A stretch of 64,000 bases of DNA from Psammoneis japonica. Its lineage: Eukaryota. The notes under the pieces are model-generated. The model saw only the letters and a list, made by a program, of their open reading frames with translations, searched no databases and was not told the DNA's origin. The stretch is from NCBI GenBank assembly GCA_008632985.1, contig QPGO01000045.1, forward strand, positions 186,001-250,000, given 5' to 3'. The number at the start of each line of letters is the position of its first letter. Positions within the stretch are counted from its first letter, which is position 1. Position numbers and translations under genes: made by a program. Below are positions 1 through 11,724 of the stretch, in pieces.

Positions 1-1521
1 GAGAATTGCAGCAGTTTCTGGTTGATCCAGCACCCAGCGAGCAAGGTCGTGGGTCTTTTCTGTCACTGATTTGGCCTGCTTCATGTCTTCCCTTTTGCTG
101 CGGCAGGCCAACAGGGCGAAGATCCTTGAAAAGATGTCGCCAAGCATGCCTCCTCCGCCTTCTGTTTTGATGCTTCCTGGAATGAGTGTGCACGGCAAAT
201 GGACTTGCTTTTGTTCTGCATTGAACATGTCCGCCATGAGGAGACGTCTCTTTCCAGAGTGCATTGGAGGGCTTCGCCCACTGATGCAGAAACGTACGAA
301 TGCCAAGAGGGCAAAGGGCTCTCCCAACCAACGATGACCGTGCTGGCCTTCCAATCGAAAAAGAAATCATCTCCTTCCTCTACGTTGTCGTCATGCTTCA
401 TGGCAAGTGAAAAGGCCAAGTGAATCAGATTCGAATGTCGTCGCTGAGCCACCGTGTGGAACAGCAGTTCACCACACCAACGATCCGTCAACCAATTAAA
501 GTTAGAGATGTCGAAAGACATCAGAACTTTCTCTCGCGTTCCCATGCCAAGAGGCGCTTCGGGTCCCGCCAACTTGAGCGCTTCCTCCTTCGACTGTCAA
601 CTTCTCCTTCAATCTCCTCCACACTTTTCCCAGACACAATGAGTCGCCCAATCCCCCCCTTGACATGATTCATTGTGACTTTCGCACTTCCCTGACACGA
701 TCAAGGCGAGCTAGAAGTGGAGCGAAAACGCACACCTTCCCCAGCTCCTCGGTAACAGGTCGAAGAGTAAACCCAGCCAGCCAAAGGAAGGAGCCCCGGT
801 CTGCTTCTGTTGCATGTAAATCAAACCTGCTTCGACCACATTCACTACAAAATGCTTCCAAGGTTGAAAACGCAGTGACAACATCGACCCGATCACACTC
901 AATGACGGCAAACATCTTGTCGCGGATCCAACCGATCAGTGCGGTTTCCATGATTTTTTTGGCATTGCGAAGATGCCACTTGCCACAGTAGTTTGCAGGA
1001 TCCACCGAAAACAACGATGGCGGAGCCTTCCAATAACGCATCCCGAGCCGACGGATGTGTCAAGTAAATAAAAATGCACGCTTCTTTCCGGAAATAATTT
1101 CAAAGGCCTCCACATCAATTTCCTCCGTACAGCATCCGACATTCACCCAAGATCCAGAGACATACGTGAGTTATGTCCTCGATGAAACACAACAACTCGG
1201 CGAGATGGATCCTCGCAGTGCGGGGTACTGTTCGACAATGGCTCTGACAGAAAGATCAACCTGCATAGCACCATCCGCGGCCAAAAAGTCCATGAGAGCA
1301 AAAACAACCGACTTGGCAAAACTGGGGAATCGCACAGCGCATCATTCTCTAGTAGCTACAATCCAAGCATCATGCTTCTACAAGTGCTATTCTCTTTTAG
1401 AAAGTCTCTCTCACGCTAAAATTCATACGAAGACTGCAGTTGGAGCGAGTTCTTACCATCAAGAGAGTGCGCTGATGTGTAGTCAAAACGTTTCACACGG
1501 GATTAGTTAGACTTGTAAGTG

Positions 1522-2792
1522 TTAGCTGCGCGCCCCACGTTCTCGTCCTGAACCAAAATCTAGGGATTTGTAGATAAACTTCAGCCATCCAGGCTGTTTG
1601 CTGCTCTCGCCACCGTCGTCGTCATCATCGTTGTCAACCAAAAATGCGTACCCATAGGCAGCTGCCACCACAACAAGGTTGGCTATTTTCGCAAAAGTAA
1701 AAATTTGAGTGAGATTTCACAAAGAGTGAGGTGAGCCACGCATGAAAAAAAATAAAACCTTACCTCCCCAGATCAAAGCCGTGTCTTTTGTGGCGATCGG
1801 CGCAAGAATTGAAATGAGCGGAGTTCCCAAAAAAGCAATGTCAAGTGCTGCTTTCTCGGCACCAGATGGTCGTCTGGATCGCAGTGATGGCACAATGAAC
1901 AGCCACCACCACCAGAATCCAAGAACTCGTATCGATTGGTCCCTATTGATCACAGTCAAGTTATGATATAGTGAGAACCGAAACGACTTACTGAATATGC
2001 AAAGACACTGTCGGCAGCACGTACATGTTGTAAGAATAGAACCAATCGAAACCTCCAAACAGGGCACCGGGATTCGTTGCCATTACCCAGGAAATAGCAA
2101 AGCTTAAGATTGCTTGCACCAAAAATACATTCTTTAGCCACCCACGAAAGACAGAACGACGCTCGATAGCTAGATCTGCTTCCTTCTTTGCAATAGATTT
2201 GCGCAGAGCTTCGGCGTCTTCGCCACCACCACCTCCATCACATTCTTCTGTGGTCAACCCGCCAACCTCCAGATCCTCCTTTCCTGTCATCACAGAAAGT
2301 TCTGACCGAAGGTTGTACAAGTCTCTCTCTAAATTCACAACCTAGATTGTAGTAAGCGGTTCAGGACAAGCTGAGCATCTTTGAAAGACAAGAGGCATGA
2401 CGATAAAACGAAATCGAAATCCACAAAGCACGAACCTTTGCAGGATTCAACAATTCATCCAAAGATACACCAATATCCTTTTGAATAGAAGCATCAATCT
2501 GCTTGACAAACGGGTCGTCGGATGTCATCTCACCGTCATCCATTGGTCGGGCCCATCCAACCGAAGCAAGAGCTTCATTCGCTTCCTCCATGACCTCGGA
2601 CGAAAAGGCACTTTCTGCTGCTTTCTCATCTTGATCGGGAGGCGATGACCATACTGAGGTGCTCCTGAGAAATGGAGAGCTCTCTCGCGTTGAGAGCAGA
2701 GCGATACATTGTCGATGTGTGCTAAACGCGAGTGTTTCTGTGTAGAGTACAGCAAACACTGCGAGAAAGCATTTCATTCTCCATGCTATCAT
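1522..2792 (-). CDS. Plastid-targeted integral membrane protein, RPH1 (Resistance to Phytophthora 1)-like; 4 exons (2792-2436, 2341-2025, 1942-1764, 1682-1522)
   Basis: GT-AG introns join three ORF pieces in frame to a TAA at 1524-1522. Signal peptide ends TLA-FS. Segment GFWWWWLFIVPSLRSRRPSGAEKAALDIAFLGTPLISILAP..KDTALIWGAN resembles my recollection of the plant RPH1 core (W.FTIPSLRAR....EKEALN.LF...PL). Confidence 0.7.
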
Positions 2793-3277
2793 TGTTCAGG
2801 TTCCTCTGATCCGAAACGAAAAAGATAAAATCCCAGATTTCAATGATTCCTAATAACCGCTTTGGGGGGTACAACGTCCAGTGGTTGGTGTGAGCCTTCT
2901 TGTGATCAACGCAATGTGAGAAGTTGCAGTTTGCACTTTTCTCTGGTGCAAAGATGATGATTCACTCCTACATACTGTCTACTGTACCTTACCCCGCTCG
3001 CGCTATCACAGTGCGCGCGATTTGGCGGGAAAACTGTCGGAGGGAAGTCTGATGGAAGTGCGTCACAAAACGGTTATTTATCCGTTTACTCATTTTTCTC
3101 ATTCTTTGTGTTGGTGTGCGTGTCGTGCTTCAAGGCAAGCTTCGAGTTTCGGTTGCGACTTCTTGTTGGTCTGACGTCTGACGTGTTGTGGCTCTGATGA
3201 TGCCTGAGTTCCTTCATTGTTGTGCTGATATTTACCTCTTTCTAGATTTCGGTTCGGTGTAGATCGTTCTGGCTACA

Positions 3278-4267
3278 ATGATGAGGCTTTCCATCGCATC
3301 AATCCTTGCTCTTGCGGCGCTGACGGAGGCTTTTGTGGGTCCGTCTACTTCCTTCAAGAGACCAGTGTCGATGAGCATGTCGACCGCTGAGTCTGCCATT
3401 TCCCCGTTTGTCCAGGGAGAAAGGATCATTCGTGATGCTCTACCATCTGTCTATGTGTATGATCACTGCCCATTTTGTGTTCGCGTCAGGCTTGCTCTTG
3501 GAATCAAAAACATTAAGCACAACGTGCAGTTCATGGCCAACGACGACATCCCAACTCCTTCTGCTCTTGTTGGAAAGAAGATTGCTCCGATTTTTGTAAG
3601 TGAGCAGAAATCTTGTGGATTGTTTTCGTTGGATCGCAGTGCTTTGGCGGTTGTCTCACGTCTTTTTCTTTATCCACAGGTCCTCCCCGAAGATGATCTA
3701 GCCATGGCCGAGTCGATGGACATTATTAAGCTAATTGATTCCGACCCACGTTTCGGCGAGACTGGCGTACTTAGGCCTGCCACCGGCCGGACTGATTTAA
3801 AGGCGTGGCAAAAGTCCGTTCAAACTCTTCTTAGAACTTTGCAACGGCCTCGTTACGTCGCGACTGGCCTTTTGCCCGAATTCCAACAGCTTGATGCGCG
3901 CCATGCCTTCATCAAGAATCATCAGCTCCCTCCTTATGAGAAGCCTGAGTGGAAGGGCGATGGTACGGCTGAAAACCCCGGAATGCCAATGGATAAGAAA
4001 CTCCAACTTTACGCCGAAGCCATGGCAAAGGATCCTGCTCCTTTGATTGAGGAGCTCAACGCAAAGCTTGTTGAGTTGGATGATATTGTACTCTGTCAAC
4101 ACCATTGCAGTGAAGGTGGCGTGTCTATGGACGACATTGATTTGTGGGCGCGTCTCCGATCCATTACTATCATTAAGGGTGTCGAGTGGCCGACGAAGCT
4201 TAGGGCATACATGGACAATCTCAGTGCCATGGGCGATGTGCCGTTGTACGATGAGATGGCACTTTAA
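3278..4267 (+). CDS. Glutaredoxin 2 (GrxB/GST-fold type) with bipartite plastid presequence; one in-frame 84-nt intron at 3596-3679
   Basis: YVYDHCPFCVRVRLALG active site, MAESMDII, SMDDIDLWARLRSITIIKGVEWP..LRAYMDNLS match GrxB. N-terminus has a signal peptide ending TEA-FV. Intron is GTAAGT...CCACAG. Confidence 0.88.
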   Translation: MMRLSIASILALAALTEAFVGPSTSFKRPVSMSMSTAESAISPFVQGERIIRDALPSVYVYDHCPFCVRVRLALGIKNIKHNVQFMANDDIPTPSALVGKKIAPIFVSEQKSCGLFSLDRSALAVVSRLFLYPQVLPEDDLAMAESMDIIKLIDSDPRFGETGVLRPATGRTDLKAWQKSVQTLLRTLQRPRYVATGLLPEFQQLDARHAFIKNHQLPPYEKPEWKGDGTAENPGMPMDKKLQLYAEAMAKDPAPLIEELNAKLVELDDIVLCQHHCSEGGVSMDDIDLWARLRSITIIKGVEWPTKLRAYMDNLSAMGDVPLYDEMAL

Positions 4268-4624
4268 GTAGGTAGAAGCCTGCAGTAGCAGTCCTCTTTA
4301 TGTTAGCATCATGTGTGTTTCTCGTTGAAGTTGTAGCTCGGTTTTATTCCATGTGAATGGTAATTCGATTGTGTTTGAAGAAAAGCCTATACAACAAACT
4401 CTCTCTACTAGTAGTAGCTAGTGCATACCGGTACAAAAAGATAAAAGTATGTTCATAACTCGACGTGTCATCAATGCAGCAACCGTTTACTCAGCATGAC
4501 AAAAACTCCTTCGTTACCAATAACAGCTTTGAATAATTAACCGTTCGACTCCCTCACTCCAGTAAAGAGAGTGGTTCCAACCGGGCTACTGTAACCAAGC
4601 TAGTAAAAGTTAGAAGCGAAATTC

Positions 4625-5438
4625 TTAGACATACGGGAATCCGTGTCCGCTGACGATTGACTGGGTTGCAATACCTCCGACGGCAATCATAGCAAGGCGT
4701 CCATTGAGTAGTTCGGATTCACGCTTCTTATCCATGCCCTCCTTTGTGTCTGGTCCGAACCAATACCAGGCGTAATCTAAATTTGAAAATAATCGAAAGA
4801 ATCATCTTTGTAAGCACAACTGCCTGCAATCGAAGAGTTTGACATTAGTTCCAACTTACCACCAGGTTCACGTTCTCCATTTCCCATTGCCATAATAGCT
4901 GGGGCAGTGATGACAATATCAATAAGTCCAATCCACAAAGCAATCTGATACATTGGGCCGCTCTTCAAAAGTGCGTCATGAGCATCAATAGTTTTTGGGA
5001 TGGCTTCGAAGGAATACATGTCGCCAGGGATGCGAACGAAATCAGTGGTAATGAAACCCAAGACAGCAAGCATAGCTGTGCGTCCATGGCGGAGCTCAGC
5101 TTCCCTGAAAAATGGCACCCACGGTGGGTACTGCTCGGCAAGGCCCAACTGCGGTTGAGAAAGGACGGGATCGAAGTGCGTGAGAATTACCTTATTGTAG
5201 GTGACGTTACGGAATACAAAATATTCGTATTCAAACCATAATACACTATTCAATTATCATGCGCAATGACCAAACTCACCGGGTCAAACTCGAACTTCTT
5301 GCCACGCAAATCGACAGCACCGACGTAGTCATCGAAAACCGACTTCATGACGCTCTTTGCGTTGGAAGCGGCATTGGGGGCAGTGAAGGCACTGGCGCCC
5401 GCAAGGCACGCAAGGAGAGCAGCGGCGGTTCCCTTCAT
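4625..5438 (-). CDS. Light-harvesting chlorophyll a/c (FCP) protein, Lhcr/Lhcz-like; exons 5438-5280, 5148-4860, 4776-4625
   Basis: GASA-FT presequence, FDPLGL, FREAELRHGRTAMLA (helix 1), SELLNGRLAMIA (helix 3), canonical introns. Confidence 0.93.
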
Positions 5439-5732
5439 TGCTTCTATTTCGTGAAGAGAATGTGGTCAATGTCGCGCCGATCACTACGAGTTCTTCAACG
5501 TAGAAATGTACACGTCGGGTTGAACACAAATCTTTTCGGCTGTACGTGAGAAACATACCAGCGTCTACAAGTTGAACTCGTGCAGAGCAAATCCTTTTGA
5601 AACAGCCGACTGAAAAAGATCGCAGTATGTGAGCTCCGTAGGAGCTACGTAAAACCGCACAGCACCGTCGTGATGACGAGAGCATCCCTTCCCTTTGTCG
5701 ATCAAGGCATCTGCCCAAGAACTAGATCAACC
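5439..5732. promoter_or_regulatory. Putative bidirectional promoter between two divergent LHC genes
   Basis: Only 294 bp separate the two outward-facing ATGs (5438 and 5733). Function inferred from geometry. Confidence 0.6.
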
Positions 5733-6446
5733 ATGGCCAAGTTTCTTCTTATTGCCGCTGCTCTTGCCGGATCGGCTTCGGCCTTTTCTCCTGCCGGGCT
5801 TTCAAAGTCTAGTACTAGTCTCAATGCTTTCGCCAACGGTATGGTGGGAGGCGAGGGACCAGAGCCCATTCCATTCTCGTCGCAGTTCTCCTCTGTGAAC
5901 TGGGACCCAGCAGGTTTCACCGAGGTAATTTCTTCCTCTGTTTCTATCAATCGCTTTTGATTGGAACTGTATCCTCATTTCTCTTTTCTTTGTGTCGCTG
6001 AAAAATTCGTTTATTTCCAGCGTGCTCCAGAATGGCTTCCTTGGTTCCGTGAAGCGGAGTTGAAGCATGGACGTGCTGCTATGCTTGCTACTGTTGGCTT
6101 CGTCATGCCCGAGTTCGTCCGCATCCCTGGTGAACAGTTCTCTTTTGAGGCTATCCCCAAAGTCATTGATGCCCATGATGCCCTTCCCGATTCCATGATT
6201 CAAATTTTCGGATGGATCAGCTTTCTTGAGGCTGTGTCGTTCCCTGCACTTGCTAACATGAACAACTACGACCGCCGCCCTGGTGACTTTGGCTTTGATC
6301 CAATGGGCCTTTACCCCGAAAGTGAGGAGAAGCAAAAGGAAATGCAGCTTGCTGAGCTCAAAAACGGTCGCCTTGCGATGATTGCTATCGGTGGAATGGT
6401 TGCTGGAGCTGCTGTCACCGGAAACGGATTCCCATACCTTCCGTAA
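5733..6446 (+). CDS. Light-harvesting chlorophyll a/c (FCP) protein, Lhcr/Lhcz-like; exons 5733-5924, 6021-6446
   Basis: SASA-FS presequence, WDPAGF, FREAELKHGRAAMLA, PGDFGFDPMGL, AELKNGRLAMIA. Intron 5925-6020 is GT...CAG. Confidence 0.94.
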
Positions 6447-6702
6447 GAACTACTAGACCTAGGGTGATCATAGATTGATTTTCTTTCCAGCAATTGTAAC
6501 TACCAGTAATACAAGCTTGGCATTCACAGGATGCCGAAGTCCAATAAAGTTAAGACCGGATAAAACAGTAATGTAGTAATAACTGCCAGAAACGAAGTAG
6601 GTCTGCTTCGCTTCTACATATGGTGAACCTTTTGTTATGAATGAAGTTAATTTCTAAACTACTGGAAATGCATGCTACATAATATACTGTCATACGGAAA
6701 TC

Positions 6703-9700
6703 TTATGTTCCTTCCGTTGTTTTCTCGGCTTCACCGTCGATCTCCCCTTCTCTGTCATCTTCGGACAACATTAGCTTGAACTTTTTCCTACGACGCTTCT
6801 TCTTCTTGGCATTATCTTGTTTAGCTTCCGCCAAGCGGCGAAGAACAAGTCTATCCGGTTCAGAACCTTCGTGGCTGTCTTTGGTGCTTCTGATACTATG
6901 TTCAAAACTTCTCACAGCACTAGCAAACTCCTTGTTTGCATGCTGGGCGGAACCAAGTCGGAAATAGGCTTTGGCTTGAAGCTCCTTAGCTTCCCGATAC
7001 GTTTCGTGTGGCTCGTCACCTGGCCTCACTTGTTCCAGTCCAGGTCCCATCAAAACCTTCCCTTTTTCTGAAGCAAATGGTTTGAGTTCCAGTAACGCCT
7101 GCCGAGTCTGTTCCGAAGCCCCAGGACAATCACAGATCTGTGGCTTTAGCAGCGTCATGGCGAGGTTCAGTCGACTTGTGACGAGCAGCTTCAGGAGAGG
7201 AGACCAGAGCACACTCCCCATCACTCTCGCCCCGTGAGGTTTCAGGAACTCAATATTGCCGTACGGAAAGGACATGAATGCAACCGAACAGTAATTGATA
7301 GCCTTGTCGTACCGCCGAGCTGCAGCCTGAAGGTGTCCTGCCTTCATGGCTTCATTCCCGCTTTCCTTCAACAGGGATGCAGTCTCGTAAAGGACCTTCC
7401 AAGACAGCTTTGATGAAGCCGTTTCGCCTGTAGTATCGTCTGATGGGGACAACGGCTCCGATTCGCTCTTTAGATTTGGGGTCATTTCAATTCCGTTGGG
7501 AACCATCGAAGGAGAAGATGACTCCCCTTGAGGTTGGGATGTTGCCGATTCATCATCACTGGTACGGAGACCGCGGTTCTTGGTCTGGTCTATTGGCGCT
7601 CCCCTCGGAAAAGCCTCATACCGTTCCAGATAAAAGTCTTCATAGTCCTCAGTATTGAAAGTAGCCCCACAATCCTGAGGTGGCGCAGCCATATCTGGGT
7701 CATATGGCAGCCAATCGGAAGGCTTCTCGGGAACAAGATCAGCGGGGTGCCCATACCTTATAGAGTCACCAGTAGATTGAGACGCAATATTGCTTGTGTA
7801 CTGAGGCCTTGCCTGCATATCCCAAGGAACTTGACTGTTCCACATGAGACCTCGCTGATCTGCTTGATGACGAAGCCGAATTAGGCTCACTCTCCGTTTG
7901 AGGTCAGTAATACCACTTCTCACTGGCTCATCGTCACCACTTTCTTCTGCTCTGATACACGCGAACAAATTTTGTCGGAGGAGATCAGGAAGATGCCGCA
8001 AATTATTTCCAATATAGGCTCCACCTGGTTCGTGGGGCCCAGTTCGTCGTCGACGAAAGAATAAACTTCCGAGGCTCTCAAAAATGCTGCGTTCCAGTTC
8101 CTCATCCCGAGATGGAACTTCGTCAGGAAGTATGCTTAATTTATCATCACCGGACTCCATCTCACTAACACTAGCAAGCGTAGTTTGGACATTCTTCCAA
8201 TTTGCCGCAATGGGACTCTTCTCGTAGTTCAGCATATTGCTGCACATTGAACGTCCTGCAGAAGAATCGTCAACATCCCGGTCGACAGGATTACTGGCTC
8301 TCCAGAGCTTGGCCGTGGAATCAATCCCGTATGTGATGAAGAAAGGTAACGATGGATGTGGGATACTGCCCGATGTGAGAGGATAGACATGAACAAAGAT
8401 TAGTCTTCGAGCTTACAAGGACCGACGCGCATCGCAACAAGACTACCAGTGCAACAACTTACATGCCATTGCACGTGCTGTGGTCGGTATTCAACAAAGA
8501 CACCACAGCCCCGGTGGAACGTTCATATACCCAAGCATTGCCCGAATCCGATCCTGTGCAGATGTATTCATCTCTTGGGCCCGCGTATTTTGCGTTCTGC
8601 GTCCAAAAACAATGCAGAGCAGAGTTAGCAAATTTCTCCCACAGAACTTTTGCGTGGACACAATTATCACTCTCACCTTGAGAAAAGTATACCGGTTTAA
8701 GTGTCCACCATATGAGGCCAGCTCTCGGAGTAAAGATGAGTCTTCATCTTCTTCTTCGCTATCACTAGTAGCACGACAGCACGAGTTTAATTCGTCAACC
8801 GTCGGACCAGAGGCAGAAGCTGCGTCGGCAAAAATCGGGAAGGTATAAATCTGGTCATTCTCATAGGAAACGAGCAACTCACGTTTGTCGGAAGAAATGT
8901 CCAAGCCACTAACGGACACCGATGCGTCTGGACCAAGGCAACGTGGACGATAGTGTTGCACGACTTTGCTACCGGCGTCATCAGTCATTCGAAGATCATA
9001 CAAAGCTACATCTCCGGAAGAACCTCCAGCGAAGACATACGCAGAGTCCACATCATCCGATGACGTGTTACTTGCCGCCCAAATGGCGCAAGACTTGCAC
9101 GTTCTGTAAGGTCCGCCCAAAATTGATTGCGATCGTTGGTCTCTCGGATTGAGCCGAAGGTCGAAACGCCGAAGACCTCGCTCACTGCACAGCAACCCTG
9201 TAGACTCATTCAAAAAGTGAAAGGAAAAGCACATACTAGGCCTCAAACTCAGCAACCCAGCAGGTAGTCCGCCTTCAGCATCATCCTCATCGAACTCTGG
9301 GCTAATCACAATTGACGATGAAGTTGGTCGTTCCAGGTCTGCGACACGCAAATACCCGTCCGCAGCACAAGTCGCGACTTTTCCCGGCTGTGAATTGAGC
9401 GGAGTCGCATGGAAAACGTTGCCACGATGCCCCGTTGTCAATGTTGCCAATGGTATAACAGTTCCTGCAATAGGGCAGACATTCGAGGATTTTGCGTCGA
9501 ATTCTTTCCATTCGGGAAACGGAGCAGTTGCGTGCGGAATCGTTGGCGCCGAGAAGGGACAGATAGTATCAATGCCACCGGGGAGTGGGTTCGATGTTCC
9601 CATAGCATAACGCACATCCCAGAACTTGACAACTCGATCGTCGCCGGAGGTGATGAGTTGTGTAGGGCAATCTTCGGTTTGAACCGCACTTGCGAGACAC

Positions 9701-10537
9701 TCACTGTTTGACGACAGCGAGTCTCTTGTCACGGAAAGACGCCATTTACACGTTAACCAAGCAGCAGTGTTGATGCAGCCACCATGCCTCATGCTTGGTG
9801 CTCCTTTGCTATGCCTGTTTTGTTGGACACACTCCTGCCGCGCCCTCTGCATCACAAGGCGCTCAAATGAATCGTACCCGGAATCTTCGTCATCCGAAGC
9901 GTTGGTCCACCTAAAGAGCGGATGCGCATCCTCTGTGGGGTTGTTGTCTTCTTCCGAGTCAGGTGAGCGGTGCCTTCTTCGCTGTTGGTCGCTGCTTGCC
10001 TCTCTGAGTACCCACCGCGATCTCCGAGTAGACACTCCTTCATCCTCGTCATTATGCGCGTCTTTTTCTTCCTCCATGTTGATGTCATCTTCGGCCTGCT
10101 CTTCTTCAAGATCCATCTCATTTGGGTTTTCAACTCCATCCTCTTCGTCTACAGAATCTGATGATGAAGAAGAATCGTCCTTCACCGTCATGGCTGTCGC
10201 TGGCGTTCCGGGACCTACCGCGAGAATCATGTTGTTCATCCTCGATGCGTTCCTTGAGAACAAAAAGCGAAGAAAACGGGTTTGTGAGTGGTGTGAGCGA
10301 TCAAATAGCTGGGTAGGACCAGACTGCGCAGAAGGATTCTATTCGAAGAAAAAGAAATACATACCATGCGACGGATGATGAAAGAGTCGTCGGCGTCACA
10401 CGAGAATTTCGATTTCGACCTCTTCGACCTCCAAGCTCTTGTCGCGTTTTCAGCAGGGAAGGAATACTTCCTGTAGGTCGATGGTACAAAGCTGACATTG
10501 GCTCAAGGGGATTACCTTCCCACAAACTACTGCTCAT
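6703..10537 (-). CDS. WD40-repeat protein of the DCAF6/DCAF8/WDTC1 type with a C-terminal TPR region; 4 exons (about 10537-10365, 10252-8677, 8596-8463, 8365-6703)
   Basis: HGGCINTAAW, LITSGDDRVVKFWD, TGHRGNVF, YGGHLNRYTFLK|NAKYAGPRDEYICTGSDSG, PHPSLPFFITYGIDSTAKLW. TPR-like LKESGNEAMKAG..AARRYDKAI and KAYFRLGSAQ; basic NLS-like tail. Splices restore one continuous frame. Confidence 0.85.
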
Positions 10538-11120
10538 GGTGTCAAGAAAGCAAGTCGAGGGCTTAGAGTTCTGCGGTAGTGAATCAATCGATCACAGCAG
10601 GGAACAGGGAAGACATGCAATCACGTTTTTATAGCGGATCGATGTGATCGAAATGATCGATGCCTCATGCATGATGCATGTCGCCTGTGTGCGTGTCACT
10701 TTGTCAGGATGCCATACGGTAGAAGACAGCCTCGTCCTAGCTCTTTAGAGTAGTAGAGACTAAGGCCTTCCGCCTTCCGTTCGGGCGATTGGATATCTAT
10801 TCCTGTTGCTACAATTCATAGTACGGTAGTATTAGATAGAGTCTAGAGTAGAGAATATGAAGGTTGGAGTATGAGCCTGGGCTGGAGCTACCTGTCCGTA
10901 ATAGTAAGAATGAGCCACACTTGCTTACCGCAAGCAACAGGAGTTCTCATTCTTCACTCTCTTTCTCTCTACAACATTGCTCGTGTGGTCACTTCTAAAA
11001 GCATCAGAATAGAAAGAGTCTGAGATTCTGACTCAACCTAGAATCCGAGAAAGTATCTGCACTGTCCTGTTCAGTTGTATTTCTCCCTGACATGACAGGT
11101 TTCTCGTCCAGACAGATTGT

Positions 11121-11724
11121 CTATTTATGGTCCTCTTCCGTTGACAGCAAAGAATCAATACACCGTATTATCTCCTCTATATTCCTGCCAACTGCTGCTG
11201 GGTATGACATTGTAAGTGCTATTCGCTTGTCCGGCTTTAGAATGTACAATCCCCGCATGGTCAGAGGCCTTCCCTTGCTATCCAAATTGCTTGTGTCCAA
11301 AACACCCAATTTCGTTGAATACTCGCGGCTCGGATCGCAAAAGAGAGGGAAATCAACAATGGCGCCCGTTGTGTATTCAATGTCACGAATCCATTCTCGG
11401 TGACTCGAGCCGTCATTGCAGGAGAATCCACACACTTTAACTCGTCGATTGGAAAACTCAATGGATAAATTTGCTACTGCTCCGAGCTCTGTTGTACACA
11501 CGGGTGTAAAGTCACCGGGGTGCAAAATAATTAAACCCCAGCATTCCCCAAGATATTTGTAGAGTTCAAAATCGTCTGAGAGTTGGGTTGAACCGATTAA
11601 ATTGGGAAACTGTGCCGCACCACCGAAGAACAAACGACAAACGTCAGCTAAACTTCTAAATCACGGCAATCAAACGTCAATGCGAATTTATACGTACAGT
11701 ATCGCCAACGTTTGGTCCTTTCAT
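11121..11724 (-). CDS. 1-Cys peroxiredoxin (PRDX6-like), short at the C-terminus; exons 11724-11698, 11609-11121
   Basis: HPGDFTPVCTTELG peroxidatic motif and YPAAVGRNIEEIIRCIDSL. First exon MKGPNVGDT joins via GTACGT...CAG. Confidence 0.85.
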
